A stretch of DNA of 30,630 nt from Macrostomum lignano. Its lineage: Eukaryota. Under the pieces are notes generated by a model, which worked only from the letters and a program-made list of their open reading frames with translations, was not told the DNA's origin and ran no database searches. Shown piece by piece: positions 10,101 through 19,934 of this stretch (within the stretch, counting starts at the first letter, position 1; each line of letters starts with the position of its first letter). The stretch is taken from contig NIVC01002167.1 of the NCBI GenBank assembly GCA_002269645.1, forward strand, positions 1 through 30,630. The letters run 5' to 3'. The translations under genes and the position numbers were made by a program.

Positions 10101-12335
10101 TCACCAGAAGTGACACTTTTTATCGTTAGCCAAGTACATTGGATCTCCCGGCTTGCAGTTGAACACCCTGGCGAAGTCCTTCGACTGCATCACCTGGCCG
10201 TTCACTCTGGGATGCGGTGGCGAGTGAGAATAATTTTTTTGTCGAGAAATCAGAGCATCCATTTCCGCCTTGGTGCAGTGCAGCTGGGCCTGCTGGATGA
10301 AGAACAGCTGATCAGGTGTCAGGCCTGCCAATTTCTCTCCTGGAAGCATCTGAGGCCGATTCCCAGACTTCAGCAATTTTGCTGCTCTGTTTCTGTAGGC
10401 TAGGAAAGCGGAATTGGTGCCAACAATATCGGCAAAATTTTCATCAAACTTTTGAACCTCTGCTTCCGTTTCCTCTTCCGAAATTTCGGATTTCGCGAAC
10501 TCAGGATCGATGATCTGGCTGTAGAAATTAGCCAGACAGTCAGTTTTATTGCCGTACCGCAGCGCTGTGACATTGTCAAATATACGTTTCTGTTTGTTTC
10601 CAACACTAAATTTACTGACTAATCTATCGCAGCCGTGCCCGACCTCGTGGCCGATTATGTAGCCGACGCCACCGTACAACAGGTAGTCAGGGTAGCCCTT
10701 CATGTAAATTTTGCTGAGCAGCAGGCCAAAGTAGATAAAAATCGAATTGTCGTATGGTGAATAATGAGCGTTGACAGTAAACATTCTTGTAAACATATCT
10801 TTTGGCATCATGTCCTGTTTGTCAGCTGTCGCAATCCAAAGTCGATTCTGAAGCTGAGTGCTTTTAAACTGCAAAACAACATCTCCAAATGTTCTGCTTT
10901 GATTAACTTGAGCAGCAACTTTTGAGTAGCCTTCGGTGAACTCGGACATGTTGAACTGGGGGTAGCCGACGGTGCTCCGCATGGCATCGATTCTCTTCTT
11001 AATTGCTGCCTTACTCGGCTGCTCAATCCACGCCTCGCTGTCCACATTCTCCCACATGGCCTCCTTGATGTCGCCGATTACCACTTTCACTGAGTTGAAG
11101 TCGTCTGTGACGAAGGCGCTGCTGAACATCTGCAAAGCCACTGGCGGCATGGAGCCCAGCATCATGTCCATGCACAGTCTCGAGCTGTTCCGGCCTTCTT
11201 TCTCATGAATGAGATACTTTTGTTGCCCGAAAAGGTTTTTAAAGAATTTAAACGATTCGTCTGGAAGAAAATTTGCTGCCGACAGTGCAGAGTCCAGGCG
11301 AATAAAGTCATAGTAGGGTCCCTGTCTGTGCTCCAGCTCCGTTGTGAGCTGCTCGAGTACAAAAAATAATAGCGGGTACCTAATAATTTCAACTTTCATT
11401 GAGGGAGGTAACTTATTGGCTGAATACTTGCTCACAGCGCTGTAAAACTCCGTCCAGTTAAAGTTGAGATTTTCTGCCTCAACCTGAGTAAAATTCTGCA
11501 GCTGTTCCAGATGGTAAGGACCAACTTTCAAATACGATTCGCCTTTGTTTAACATTTGCTGAACTGCAGGCTTCATCTGATTTATACTAACAGTCAAATT
11601 CAGGTCTATGAGATCACTGAAATCTTCTAATGCAGAAATTCCGTCATTGAAAACATGATTCCAGGATTTCAGGGTAGATAGGTAGTATGGTGACGAGTGC
11701 AATCTCAGACTCCGCTCCACCGAGCCTGGCGACAATCTGAACAGATCCGATGTACCGGATATCACCAGTCTCGCTAGGAAGTCTTCAATGCCTGAGTAGC
11801 CCTCTAGAAAGTCCAACAAAGGTCTCACTAATGATTTCATGTCGAAAGGTCGTTCTCCAGTCTGCCAGCTGTTCGGGAGAAATTCCTCTTTCTTAGAATT
11901 CAGAACGCTGGAGCCGCGCCAATCCATGCAGGTCCCGTAGATGTATCGCAGCGTCTGGAACAGCTGCGCTTCGCTTGCGTCTCTGGGCTTGGACAAGTTC
12001 TTGAAGTACATCATCTCAAATAGATTTCCTTGAATGGAGTTGTCCTCCTGTAGTACTGAGCCCACGGTCTCGGCAGTGAAGGGGTGGCTTTTATGGAAAC
12101 CGCCGCAGGCGAAGCTGTAGAAGTCTTGGCACGGGTCCGCGGAACGGTCGATGTGGCTCTGCAGCAGTGCGCTTGCACTTATGCAGGCCTCGCTGGTGCA
12201 CAGGCTGGGCTGCTTGGGAGTGGCTGCTGTAGATAGCAGTTGGCCGGTAGCTGCTCCAGGTGGTAACCGAGCTGTGCTGAGAGCGTAGAGCAGAACGAAA
12301 GAAGCAGAAACGAAAGTACCGCTATTGCCAGGCAC
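10101..12335 (-). CDS. M13-family zinc metallopeptidase (neprilysin/ECE-like), uninterrupted frame, 5' end uncertain
   Basis: ADPCQDFYSFACG, VNAHY, HEVGH (HExxH), ENFAD (ExxxD), HSPPHPRVNG and C-terminal CHFW. The track's start codon is GTG, and the first ATG is codon 108. Confidence 0.95.
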   Translation of the reverse strand: MPGNSGTFVSASFVLLYALSTARLPPGAATGQLLSTAATPKQPSLCTSEACISASALLQSHIDRSADPCQDFYSFACGGFHKSHPFTAETVGSVLQEDNSIQGNLFEMMYFKNLSKPRDASEAQLFQTLRYIYGTCMDWRGSSVLNSKKEEFLPNSWQTGERPFDMKSLVRPLLDFLEGYSGIEDFLARLVISGTSDLFRLSPGSVERSLRLHSSPYYLSTLKSWNHVFNDGISALEDFSDLIDLNLTVSINQMKPAVQQMLNKGESYLKVGPYHLEQLQNFTQVEAENLNFNWTEFYSAVSKYSANKLPPSMKVEIIRYPLLFFVLEQLTTELEHRQGPYYDFIRLDSALSAANFLPDESFKFFKNLFGQQKYLIHEKEGRNSSRLCMDMMLGSMPPVALQMFSSAFVTDDFNSVKVVIGDIKEAMWENVDSEAWIEQPSKAAIKKRIDAMRSTVGYPQFNMSEFTEGYSKVAAQVNQSRTFGDVVLQFKSTQLQNRLWIATADKQDMMPKDMFTRMFTVNAHYSPYDNSIFIYFGLLLSKIYMKGYPDYLLYGGVGYIIGHEVGHGCDRLVSKFSVGNKQKRIFDNVTALRYGNKTDCLANFYSQIIDPEFAKSEISEEETEAEVQKFDENFADIVGTNSAFLAYRNRAAKLLKSGNRPQMLPGEKLAGLTPDQLFFIQQAQLHCTKAEMDALISRQKNYSHSPPHPRVNGQVMQSKDFARVFNCKPGDPMYLANDKKCHFW

Positions 12336-12388
12336 ACAGACAGACGTCTAATTCGCTCGTGTAGAGTTGAACTCTCAACTCTAACGCA

Positions 12389-12760
12389 AGTAGTATAGGA
12401 AAAGTAGGTTTGAGCGCAACCCATTTTGAAAAATCACAAAAAACAGATAAAAATCGACTAAAAACAGGTGAAAATTGTCTGAAAACAGTGATTTTAGTGA
12501 TTTTTCAAAAGTTTCGAAAAATTGCTTTTTGCGCGATTTCGTGAGTAAAATCACAAGAAATTTTTGATTCGTGGGTTAAAATAACCTATTTTCAGGTTTC
12601 ATCATTTCAAAACTAGCATCAAATTTAATAATAGTCTTTTCTCCCATTGCATAACGCCCTTCAATAAGCCAATCTTACTAGCTTTGCTTTTAACGATCAG
12701 TCAGCTACCATCTATGCATAAAAATTGTCCACTCGAGGCATACAATGCTTTTACAAAAGT
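12389..12760 (+). repeat. Left terminal inverted repeat, diverged, including a dead copy of the PLA2-integrase 5' end
   Basis: Aligns by eye with the reverse complement of ~29230-29615 (GACTAAAAACA.GTGAAAAT.GTCT.AA.ACAGTGATTTTAGTGATTT) and of ~29990-30285. The ATG equivalent reads ACG near 12652. Confidence 0.8.
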
Positions 12761-12935
12761 CAATAATTTGCTCCTGCACATTCGCTTTGTCCCGAGGCTT
12801 TGAAATGGCTTTAATGCTGTTCTAGATTTGTACTTAAAGATAATAGAAGACATTCAAGAACATGGAGCGCTAATTTAAATTTTTCGTGACATGCATACTC
12901 GACTACTAGAGCACTAACCGCAGCACTCAACATTT

Positions 12936-13018
12936 CTATTGGCTGCCAAAATTTCTGCCAAAACCAAAATTTTTGCCAAAATTTCTGCCAAAAAGTGTTT
13001 GGTTTTGGCATCCAATAG
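12936..13018. repeat. Mini hairpin element with internal CTGCCAAAATTT units (copy 1)
   Basis: CTATTGGCTGCCAAAA...TTTTGGCATCCAATAG inverted arms. A second copy lies at 28212-28301 and a collapsed form at 13329-13345. Confidence 0.8.
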
Positions 13019-13614
13019 GAGTGGCTCGTGCAAATCTTTTGTGTTCACCCTCTATCTAGCTGTAAAAAAAGACATGAAGTGGGCCACGCAAGTTACAAAC
13101 GAACAATGCTCTCGCGACCCTACCTACGGACGATTTCACTAACCCTTTTCTAAATTATGTATCTTAAAAATGGAACAAATAGCAGGAGAAATTCTCCTCA
13201 AAGCAATTTTTATATTGTGACTCAGCTTTAACGTCGTGCGAAACCCACACTGAGTGAAGCGTATGGTCAAATAGGCTCTCGCAGGAACTCACCAAACTAA
13301 CTATACATAACCGCAGCACTGAACATTGCTATTGGCAACCAATAGGAGCGTCTCATGCTAGTCTATTGTGTTCACCCCTTTCTAAAAAGACACGAAGCGC
13401 ATCACGTTACAGAATCATGCAAGATAAGAGACTATACAATAGGCGAACCACTAGAGTATAATGGAGAAGGTCTTTTTTGATACTATAAGCACCATATCCA
13501 ACTTAGTAAAAGACAAATCTACCTTTCATAGAACAGGCAGGTGCAGCAGGCTCTATTGCTACAGCAGTTAACGCAGCCTAAGTCTGTAGATTACTTAAAT
13601 TTATTTTTATAAAA

Positions 13615-14973
13615 ATGGCCTTCAGTAAACCATTATTTCTAGGTTCTGCATTGGATATTCAGTCAGCTATAACAAAACTACCACCCATCTTCGCCACTGG
13701 AAAATATCCTGGCGAATTTCATATTCCAGGGTATTCTTTCACTGGCCCAGGTACAAATTTAGACAAGAGACTCAATCCAATTACAGACTGGCCTCGGTAT
13801 GATAGTCTACCAATTAATCCAATTGATTGGACTGCTTACTATCATGACAAAAGCTATAGAGATGCTGAAAAGACGTCTTCAACTCCAGAGGAAGCCCTAG
13901 CAAAGAAGCATATTGCTGATGAAAAAATGATAGCTGATTTAGATGCTATTCCAACCAGCGACTTGTCGGTAAAGGAGAGACTCATTAGAAATCTAGTAAA
14001 GCGTATTATCAATGCTAAAGTTCGGTTTGGATTAGGAATTCATACTCACAACCCCAACAATTGTATAGACTGTCTAACAATTTATGGTAAGGGTCTTAGC
14101 TATGAAGATGCAGTAAAATTGCATAGGGAATACAGAAAGCCAAGAGTATTTAGAAAAATGATTCACTATGCAAAAGACACAATTTGGCATGCAGATATCA
14201 TTATCCTACCGCCCGAAAGAGGTTACAAATATGCTCTCACTATCATAGATGGTTTTACACGTTACGCCTGGGCAGTTCCTTTGAAAACAAAGACGGGAGC
14301 GGAAGTTGCAGAAGCTTTCCAAAAAGTATTTAAGGAATCAGGAAGACGATCAGAGAGACTTTGTGTAGATGAAGGCAAGGAGTTTTATAATCAGCATATG
14401 TACAAGCTATACTCGTTTTCAAAAGACAACATTAGAAAGAAGGATGAAAGGGGTGAATATATTAACAAGATGTTTTCAATTTATGGCGAGTCCAAGAATG
14501 CAATGATTGAGAGGTTCAATCGTACTCTCACAAATAAACTCTGGTTTGAATTTGATCTACAGGGTAATCAGAAGTGGCTCCACACATTGCCAGCTATTGT
14601 TGAAAAATACAACAACACAATCCATTCTGAGATTCTGATAACTCCTTCAGAAGCATCTAAACATCCTGAGCGAGTACCAAAGCCAACTTTCGAGTATTCA
14701 AATGAGAAACCAAACTTCAAAGTAGGTGACAAAGTTCATATCTATAGATATAAGGAGCACTTTGAAAAGGGTCGAAGAGGATATTGGAAAATTTCAGAAG
14801 TGTTTAGGATAAAGAAAATAGTTTACTCCAATCCCATAACCTACATTATTGAGGATGAGAATGGAGAAGAAATCATTGGATCATTTTACAAATCCCAGCT
14901 TCTACCAGCAAATTTTTCAACTAAAAATGAGCGCCTATCGAACAAACTGCAAACGGGCGAAAGGTCAGATTGA
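13615..14973 (+). CDS. Parvovirus-type phospholipase A2 domain fused to a retroviral-like DDE integrase
   Basis: PLA2: PGYSFTGPG, INPIDWTAYYHDKSY. Integrase: WHAD, TIIDGFTRYAWAVPLK, CVDEGKEF, MIERFNRTL and C-terminal FKVGDKV...PITYIIED...GSFY. One open frame of 452 aa. Confidence 0.92.
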   Translation: MAFSKPLFLGSALDIQSAITKLPPIFATGKYPGEFHIPGYSFTGPGTNLDKRLNPITDWPRYDSLPINPIDWTAYYHDKSYRDAEKTSSTPEEALAKKHIADEKMIADLDAIPTSDLSVKERLIRNLVKRIINAKVRFGLGIHTHNPNNCIDCLTIYGKGLSYEDAVKLHREYRKPRVFRKMIHYAKDTIWHADIIILPPERGYKYALTIIDGFTRYAWAVPLKTKTGAEVAEAFQKVFKESGRRSERLCVDEGKEFYNQHMYKLYSFSKDNIRKKDERGEYINKMFSIYGESKNAMIERFNRTLTNKLWFEFDLQGNQKWLHTLPAIVEKYNNTIHSEILITPSEASKHPERVPKPTFEYSNEKPNFKVGDKVHIYRYKEHFEKGRRGYWKISEVFRIKKIVYSNPITYIIEDENGEEIIGSFYKSQLLPANFSTKNERLSNKLQTGERSD

Positions 14974-15349
14974 AACGTCTGATTCACAACTACTAGCTGA
15001 TAAAGAGGGTGAAGGAATTGGTGATATGATCAGTGGTGTCACAAACTTTTTATCAAATCATGGAAGTAAAATTGTGAGTGGAGCTGATGCAATAGGTAAA
15101 ACAGCTACCACAGCGAAGAACATATTCGATGCGAAGAAATCATACAGTGACATGTCTAAAGCAGGTGAGGAACTGGAATATATTAAAAAGAAACGTAGAG
15201 ATAAAGAAGCAAAGAAAAGAATGGAAGAAGAGCAACAGATAGCTTCTCAATCAAATAAGGCTATTCAAGATATTGTTAAAAAGGCTCTAGGAACAGCAGA
15301 ACAGTCTCAAGTGTCTTTGAGACAAGGCAATGGTTTGAAGAAATTCTGA
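14927..15349 (+). CDS. Small putative virion core protein (140 aa) with GxG motifs
   Basis: ATG at 14927 in TAAAAATG context. EGEGIGD followed by an amphipathic-looking segment, a basic KKKRRDK patch and C-terminal QGNG. Sits in the structural gene block. Function inferred. Confidence 0.6.
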   Translation: MSAYRTNCKRAKGQIETSDSQLLADKEGEGIGDMISGVTNFLSNHGSKIVSGADAIGKTATTAKNIFDAKKSYSDMSKAGEELEYIKKKRRDKEAKKRMEEEQQIASQSNKAIQDIVKKALGTAEQSQVSLRQGNGLKKF

Positions 15350-15357
15350 CCTTAAAA

Positions 15358-15810
15358 ATGAGCGAGAAAAACACTGAAGCAAGACTCAATCGATATGTTC
15401 GAGAGGGAAAACCAAGATATGTTACTGTAAATAAGCAAAAGCAATATCTTTCTAAAGAGAAGATTCGAGAATTGCAAGAGAAACAGAAAGAACATGAAGG
15501 TGGAATAATTCCTCTATTAGGCTTACTACCAGCAATTTTGGGTGGTATCGGAGCAGCCTCAGGAGTTGGTACAATGATTGCAAAAAGTGTTAATACAGCC
15601 AACAATGCTAAACATAATAAGACAATAGAAAGCATTGAACGGCAAAAACTAGAAGAGTTGAAAAAGGCTCAAGGGAGTGGAGTATTAGTTGATGCGGCTA
15701 AAAGAGTCGAACAAGTACCCAGCGAAGCAGTCAAGTGGCTGCTAAAGACGTTTAAAGTTGAAAAGGAGAAACAGGGTAATGGGATAATTCTTAGACCTCA
15801 TGAAGCTTAG
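15358..15810 (+). CDS. Putative core protein with an adenovirus pX-like GG-hydrophobic segment
   Basis: Basic N-terminus, then EGG|IIPLLGLLPAILGGIGAASGVG, resembling the pX C-terminal GG|FLPLL-type segment. Also QGSG and QGNG motifs. Confidence 0.65.
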   Translation: MSEKNTEARLNRYVREGKPRYVTVNKQKQYLSKEKIRELQEKQKEHEGGIIPLLGLLPAILGGIGAASGVGTMIAKSVNTANNAKHNKTIESIERQKLEELKKAQGSGVLVDAAKRVEQVPSEAVKWLLKTFKVEKEKQGNGIILRPHEA

Positions 15811-15830
15811 TTGAAATTTCTCTTATAAAA

Positions 15831-17192
15831 ATGGAGAACAAAAAGGATATACTGAGCATATATGAGGACAAAACTTTTAGCTTTTTCAAAAAGAAAGAAG
15901 ACTATATTAAGATTTCTCCAACTCCAGGTAGCACTAATAATCTCAATGTTGCAGGAGGTCAAATAGTTCATGAAGTCAATTCAACAGAGTCATACATTCT
16001 CATGTCAGAGGCATTCGGTTGTATAAAATACTCAATAACACAACGAGATAACACCGACTTGAATACGAACATTACTCTAGAACATAATTGGCCTATGAGA
16101 CTTTTCTCTCAACTCATAGTTGACATTGGAGGAACAAAGAAAGTCTATAATGATCCTGGAGAGTATGACACAATCTTAAAGTCCGTAATGTACTCAAAAT
16201 TAATGAATGAAGTTGGAGAAGCATACGGATGGATTCCAGACACTGGAGATGCTGGGACTGTTTCTGATATACCTCTAGCAAACAACGCAGATGCTGAAGC
16301 TGTGAGAACTGCAGCAATCGCTATGAAAAATAGACTCAATAAGAAGGATTCGAATACTGGATACATTAGGAGGCTTGAAAATTATAACAATGTCACTAAT
16401 GCTCCAAACAGAGGTGGAACAATCAAACTATCATTAACACCCTCATTGGGTTCCTTGATTGGCAGAAGATTAGCAAAGGAATTAAATATAAATTCACATG
16501 GACAAGAAAGACTAACGATGCTGAAATTTTCTTTGGAGCTGCCGGGACGGAAGCTAAGTTAACTATTAATAGCTTTGAGATTTGGATCCCTGCTATTACT
16601 TTGTCACCCAGTGCTGAAGCAGCTTTTCTAAAATCACTCAACAAGGACATTACAGTATCATTTCCAGAGAGGGTAACGGTTCCGCCACAACTCATTCAAG
16701 GAAGTCCATATACATGGAACATAGCCAACATCTCCAATATGCCACTTGCAATCTTTGTAGCTTTCAAATATGACGTAAACAACCCATCATATATAGTTAA
16801 TGATCACAAGTATGTGTCTTACAAAACTGGAGCAAATGCAGTGAAAATAACCCAGCTTCAAGTCAGATTAAATCAGGTGATGTATCCGAATGATTATGTT
16901 GAAATTGATCCAGTAGCTCAAGACATTCACAGAGCGTATGAAATGTACGAAGACATCTGCAGCCGTTTCGGTGTAACTCCTCCATTCAATAAACAAGACT
17001 TTCTAACCATCTATCCAATCTTTTGCTTTGATCTAACAGCTCAGATGAGTTTCTGTCAAGAGTGGAGTGAATATTCAATTATTTATCAAGAAGTCAACAA
17101 ATGTTGAGCTGACTGCTTTTGCACTAATTCTTGAACAAACAAAGAATGTAATAAAAGTTACCAGTGAATATCAAATGACCCGCGTCGAATAA
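15831..17192 (+). pseudogene. Double-jelly-roll major capsid protein, two frameshifts (~16447 and ~17045)
   Basis: LNVAGGQI, NWPMRLFSQLIVDIGG...DPG, GW; bridging frame FLDWQKI...FEIWIPAITL; ITQLQVRLNQVMYP, RAYEMY, YPIFCFDLTAQ. The third frame ends ...YQMTRVE* at 17192. Confidence 0.85.
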
Positions 17193-17213
17193 GGTCATTT
17201 TTTCTTTTTTTAA

Positions 17214-17987
17214 ATGCCCAAAGTAAAATTTCAGCATGATCCTATTTTCCCTAATCCTCTTTTATGTTGTATTATCGGCGCTACAAATACGGGTAAAACA
17301 TATTTACTATTCCATATTCTTACAAGTCCTGAAAAACTAGTTGACTTTAATGAGTTAGTTTTATATGTTCCCAGAGCATCTCAAATGGATCCAGAGTATC
17401 AGTTTCTAAAATATGGCTTTGAAAATGGTCTCCCACCTTCTCTTATCAACTCACTCTATCATGTCTACCAGGTGAGTGAGGATGCATCTCCTGAAGATAT
17501 TAGACATATTTGTCGAGAGGCAGCCAACCCTGGTCGAGTGCAAAGCACATCAGAAAATTCAGAAGTAATAGAGAAAATTCCTGTCACTCTTTCCCATACT
17601 CCAAATGAAGAAATTTTTCATAATGGACTAAAGACATGTGTGATATTGGATGATGTTTTGGGAGAGGCTAATCAAACATTTCAGGAAAGTCTGTTTCAGA
17701 GAGGCAGGCATGGAAACTGTTGTGGTTTTTATCTAGCTCAAAATTTTACCAAACTAGATCGCAATACTGTCAGGGAGAATACGACATGTTACATAATCTT
17801 TAAACAAAAAGATACAAACTTGAATCACATTGCTAGAAATATAGAAACGAATTATGAACCCGCTATATTCAAGGCTAAATGTAGAGAGGCTTGGAAAAAG
17901 AAGTATGGCTATATCTATATAAATACAAGAGCTGATGAGGATGAGCAAGATTTGTATAAGGATGTTCTAACTAAAATCCCATTGTAA
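17214..17987 (+). CDS. A32/FtsK-like genome packaging ATPase
   Basis: Walker A GATNTGKT, Walker B CVILDD, GRH motif and LAQNF. Intact 257-aa frame. Confidence 0.93.
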   Translation: MPKVKFQHDPIFPNPLLCCIIGATNTGKTYLLFHILTSPEKLVDFNELVLYVPRASQMDPEYQFLKYGFENGLPPSLINSLYHVYQVSEDASPEDIRHICREAANPGRVQSTSENSEVIEKIPVTLSHTPNEEIFHNGLKTCVILDDVLGEANQTFQESLFQRGRHGNCCGFYLAQNFTKLDRNTVRENTTCYIIFKQKDTNLNHIARNIETNYEPAIFKAKCREAWKKKYGYIYINTRADEDEQDLYKDVLTKIPL

Positions 17988-17989
17988 AA

Positions 17990-18717
17990 ATGACTAATGA
18001 ATATATAAGAGAACTCATTAATTTAGCAAAGCAGCGAGAAATGTACAAATCCAGAAATGATGCTCAACGCTATTTGAAAATTGGAGAAGAGAGTTTATAT
18101 GCAAGAGTGGCTCCATTAGCTCAAAAACCTGTCACAGAAAAGCTTGATGAATTTATTGATGTCAATGCCAACCTTGTTGATAAACTTCAGAATCAAAAAG
18201 TTCCAGTTCCGCAATCAAGTACACCAAAAGGACGATTTGAACCTCTGGAAGTATTTGACAAAATAATTGAAGAAATTGGAAAGATTCCAATAACTCAAAG
18301 ACCAGCACTAGTATACGAATTCAAAAAACTGATGCTGGATATATATTTGGATCATCTGTAATAGATGTTGAATTCCATGAACAAGGTCGAGACATCATTG
18401 TCAACGAATTTCGAATGCCATTTTCTGAAGATCTTGAAGAGTTGTTCAAAATGCCTAAAGTAACTGAAAATGGTGAAGAGCTGAAGCAATTCAAGATGCA
18501 AACATTGCAGGATTATGTTAACCTCATTGAACATTGTAAAAATCCAGCGGCCAAATCAAGTGGGAATTATAAGCAAGCAGTAAGGATATTGAAAGATAAT
18601 CCACCAGGATATCGAGTAAAACCGGGATCTGGACTCAGTGAAAGAGTGTTGACATTACTAGCCGCAAGCAGAGGACATAACAATGTTGATAAAGAGCTAG
18701 CAGAATTACTTGCTTAA
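17990..18717 (+). pseudogene. Conserved Polinton structural-block protein, one frameshift (~18340)
   Basis: ORFs 17990-18361 and 18415-18717 join through GSSVIDVEFHEQGRDIIVNEF. The N-terminal YLKIGEE...KPVTEKL and C-terminal GSGL...LLAASRGHNNVDKEL resemble a recurrent Polinton ORF. Exact family name not assigned. Confidence 0.6.
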
Positions 18718-18719
18718 AA

Positions 18720-19496
18720 ATGGAAAAAGAAATAGAAAAAGTCAACATCCTCTTGAGTAAAAAGTTTCAACGCACATTTGACTTCTTTTCAATTAAAAAC
18801 CCATTTCGACAAACTCTAGGCACTCCTATAAATTTGTATGAAGATCGAGAATACGAAGCTGGTATAAAAAAGTTTGCAGTCTTTGATGCTATTAACAATA
18901 TTGAAGGAGTTGCGATACTCGAGGGATAGTGGTAGAACATGGAAAAATAAAGATTCAAGCAGGGTCTTGGGAAGTTAAAAGTCTGTCAAGCGAGATTCAA
19001 AGATTGCTAACAGCTGCAAATGATTGGAAAGAGGGGGCTATTGTTTTCAGTGCAAGCCTAGACACGCGTAGAGTTGAGTTACGGTTAGCCACAGATTATC
19101 AAGTTGATTTCAGGGATGCACATTCCAATAACTTTAGAAGACTGTTGGGATTCAATTCGGAAGTGTATTTGAAACCATTTGAGAGAGCTCCAAATCCAGC
19201 TCGGATAGACGGAGCTAGAAGTGCGATCATGGTTCGTTGTCTAAATATCAAAGGGGGTTTATCACTGATCCAGCTAATGGAAATCATTTAATTGATAAGC
19301 AAATACTTCTTTCAATTCCATCGTTCTCTGTCCCAATGGGAAGTAAAATTATTCAAGAGCCGCAAATCCTGTGTACCTACCACTAACTACAAACATGTTG
19401 AGCACATTCGACTTTGTCATCGAAGATGAGTCTGGTGTTCTATACGACTTTGATGGCGAGGAAATATTTATAAATCTTCACATACGACAAATATGA
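18720..19496 (+). pseudogene. Minor capsid protein (penton, single jelly roll), at least four frameshifts
   Basis: Fragments INNIE, RYSRDSGRTWK, IQAGSWEV, LLGF, VRC, VPMGSKIIQEP, VYLPL and EDESGVLYDFDGEEIIINLHIRQI* in changing frames. Confidence 0.8.
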
Positions 19497-19505
19497 GTGT
19501 TAAAA

Positions 19506-19934
19506 ATGAGCGAAGCTGAGACATGGAATGCATTTAAACAAAAGTTTGGACTGACACTACGACTAATATTGATCTGATAAATTGGGCAAAATATCTCAAG
19601 TTAAAACCATTTCGCTATGCCATGAGAGATGAAATTGTTGATTTACCACAGTATGGTTACTTTATGACAAATATTCACACTTCGAAAGAACGGGGTATAC
19701 ATCATTCAGCTATATTTTCAGCTCCTGATAAGGTTTATTTTTTTGATTCCTATGCACTACCCCACACTGGAAATTATGGAAAAGTTTAATCACACAAAGA
19801 ATAGAATATGTGGAGACATGGAAGAACAAATTCAAACTTTTGATAAGAAATTTTGTGGTCAAATGTCGCTGTACTTTTTACACCGAATCGATAAAGGAGA
19901 TAGCTATAATGAAATTTTGCAGCAATTAAAATGA
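19506..19934 (+). pseudogene. Adenain-like cysteine protease, frameshifted
   Basis: TNIDLINWAKYL, NIHTSKERGIHH (catalytic His), YFFDSY (Asp), QIQ...FCGQ (oxyanion Gln, catalytic Cys). At least two frame changes. Confidence 0.85.

Noticed and set aside
12811-13142. ORFs with QKFW or AKISAK repeats (also 28017-28589)
   Set aside because: They are translations of the 12-bp units of the mini hairpin element in non-coding DNA.
13165-13220. Orphan TAAAAATG opening a 16-codon ORF (MEQIAGEILLKAIFIL)
   Set aside because: It is too short to support. It could be a uORF or gene remnant, but chance in AT-rich DNA cannot be excluded.
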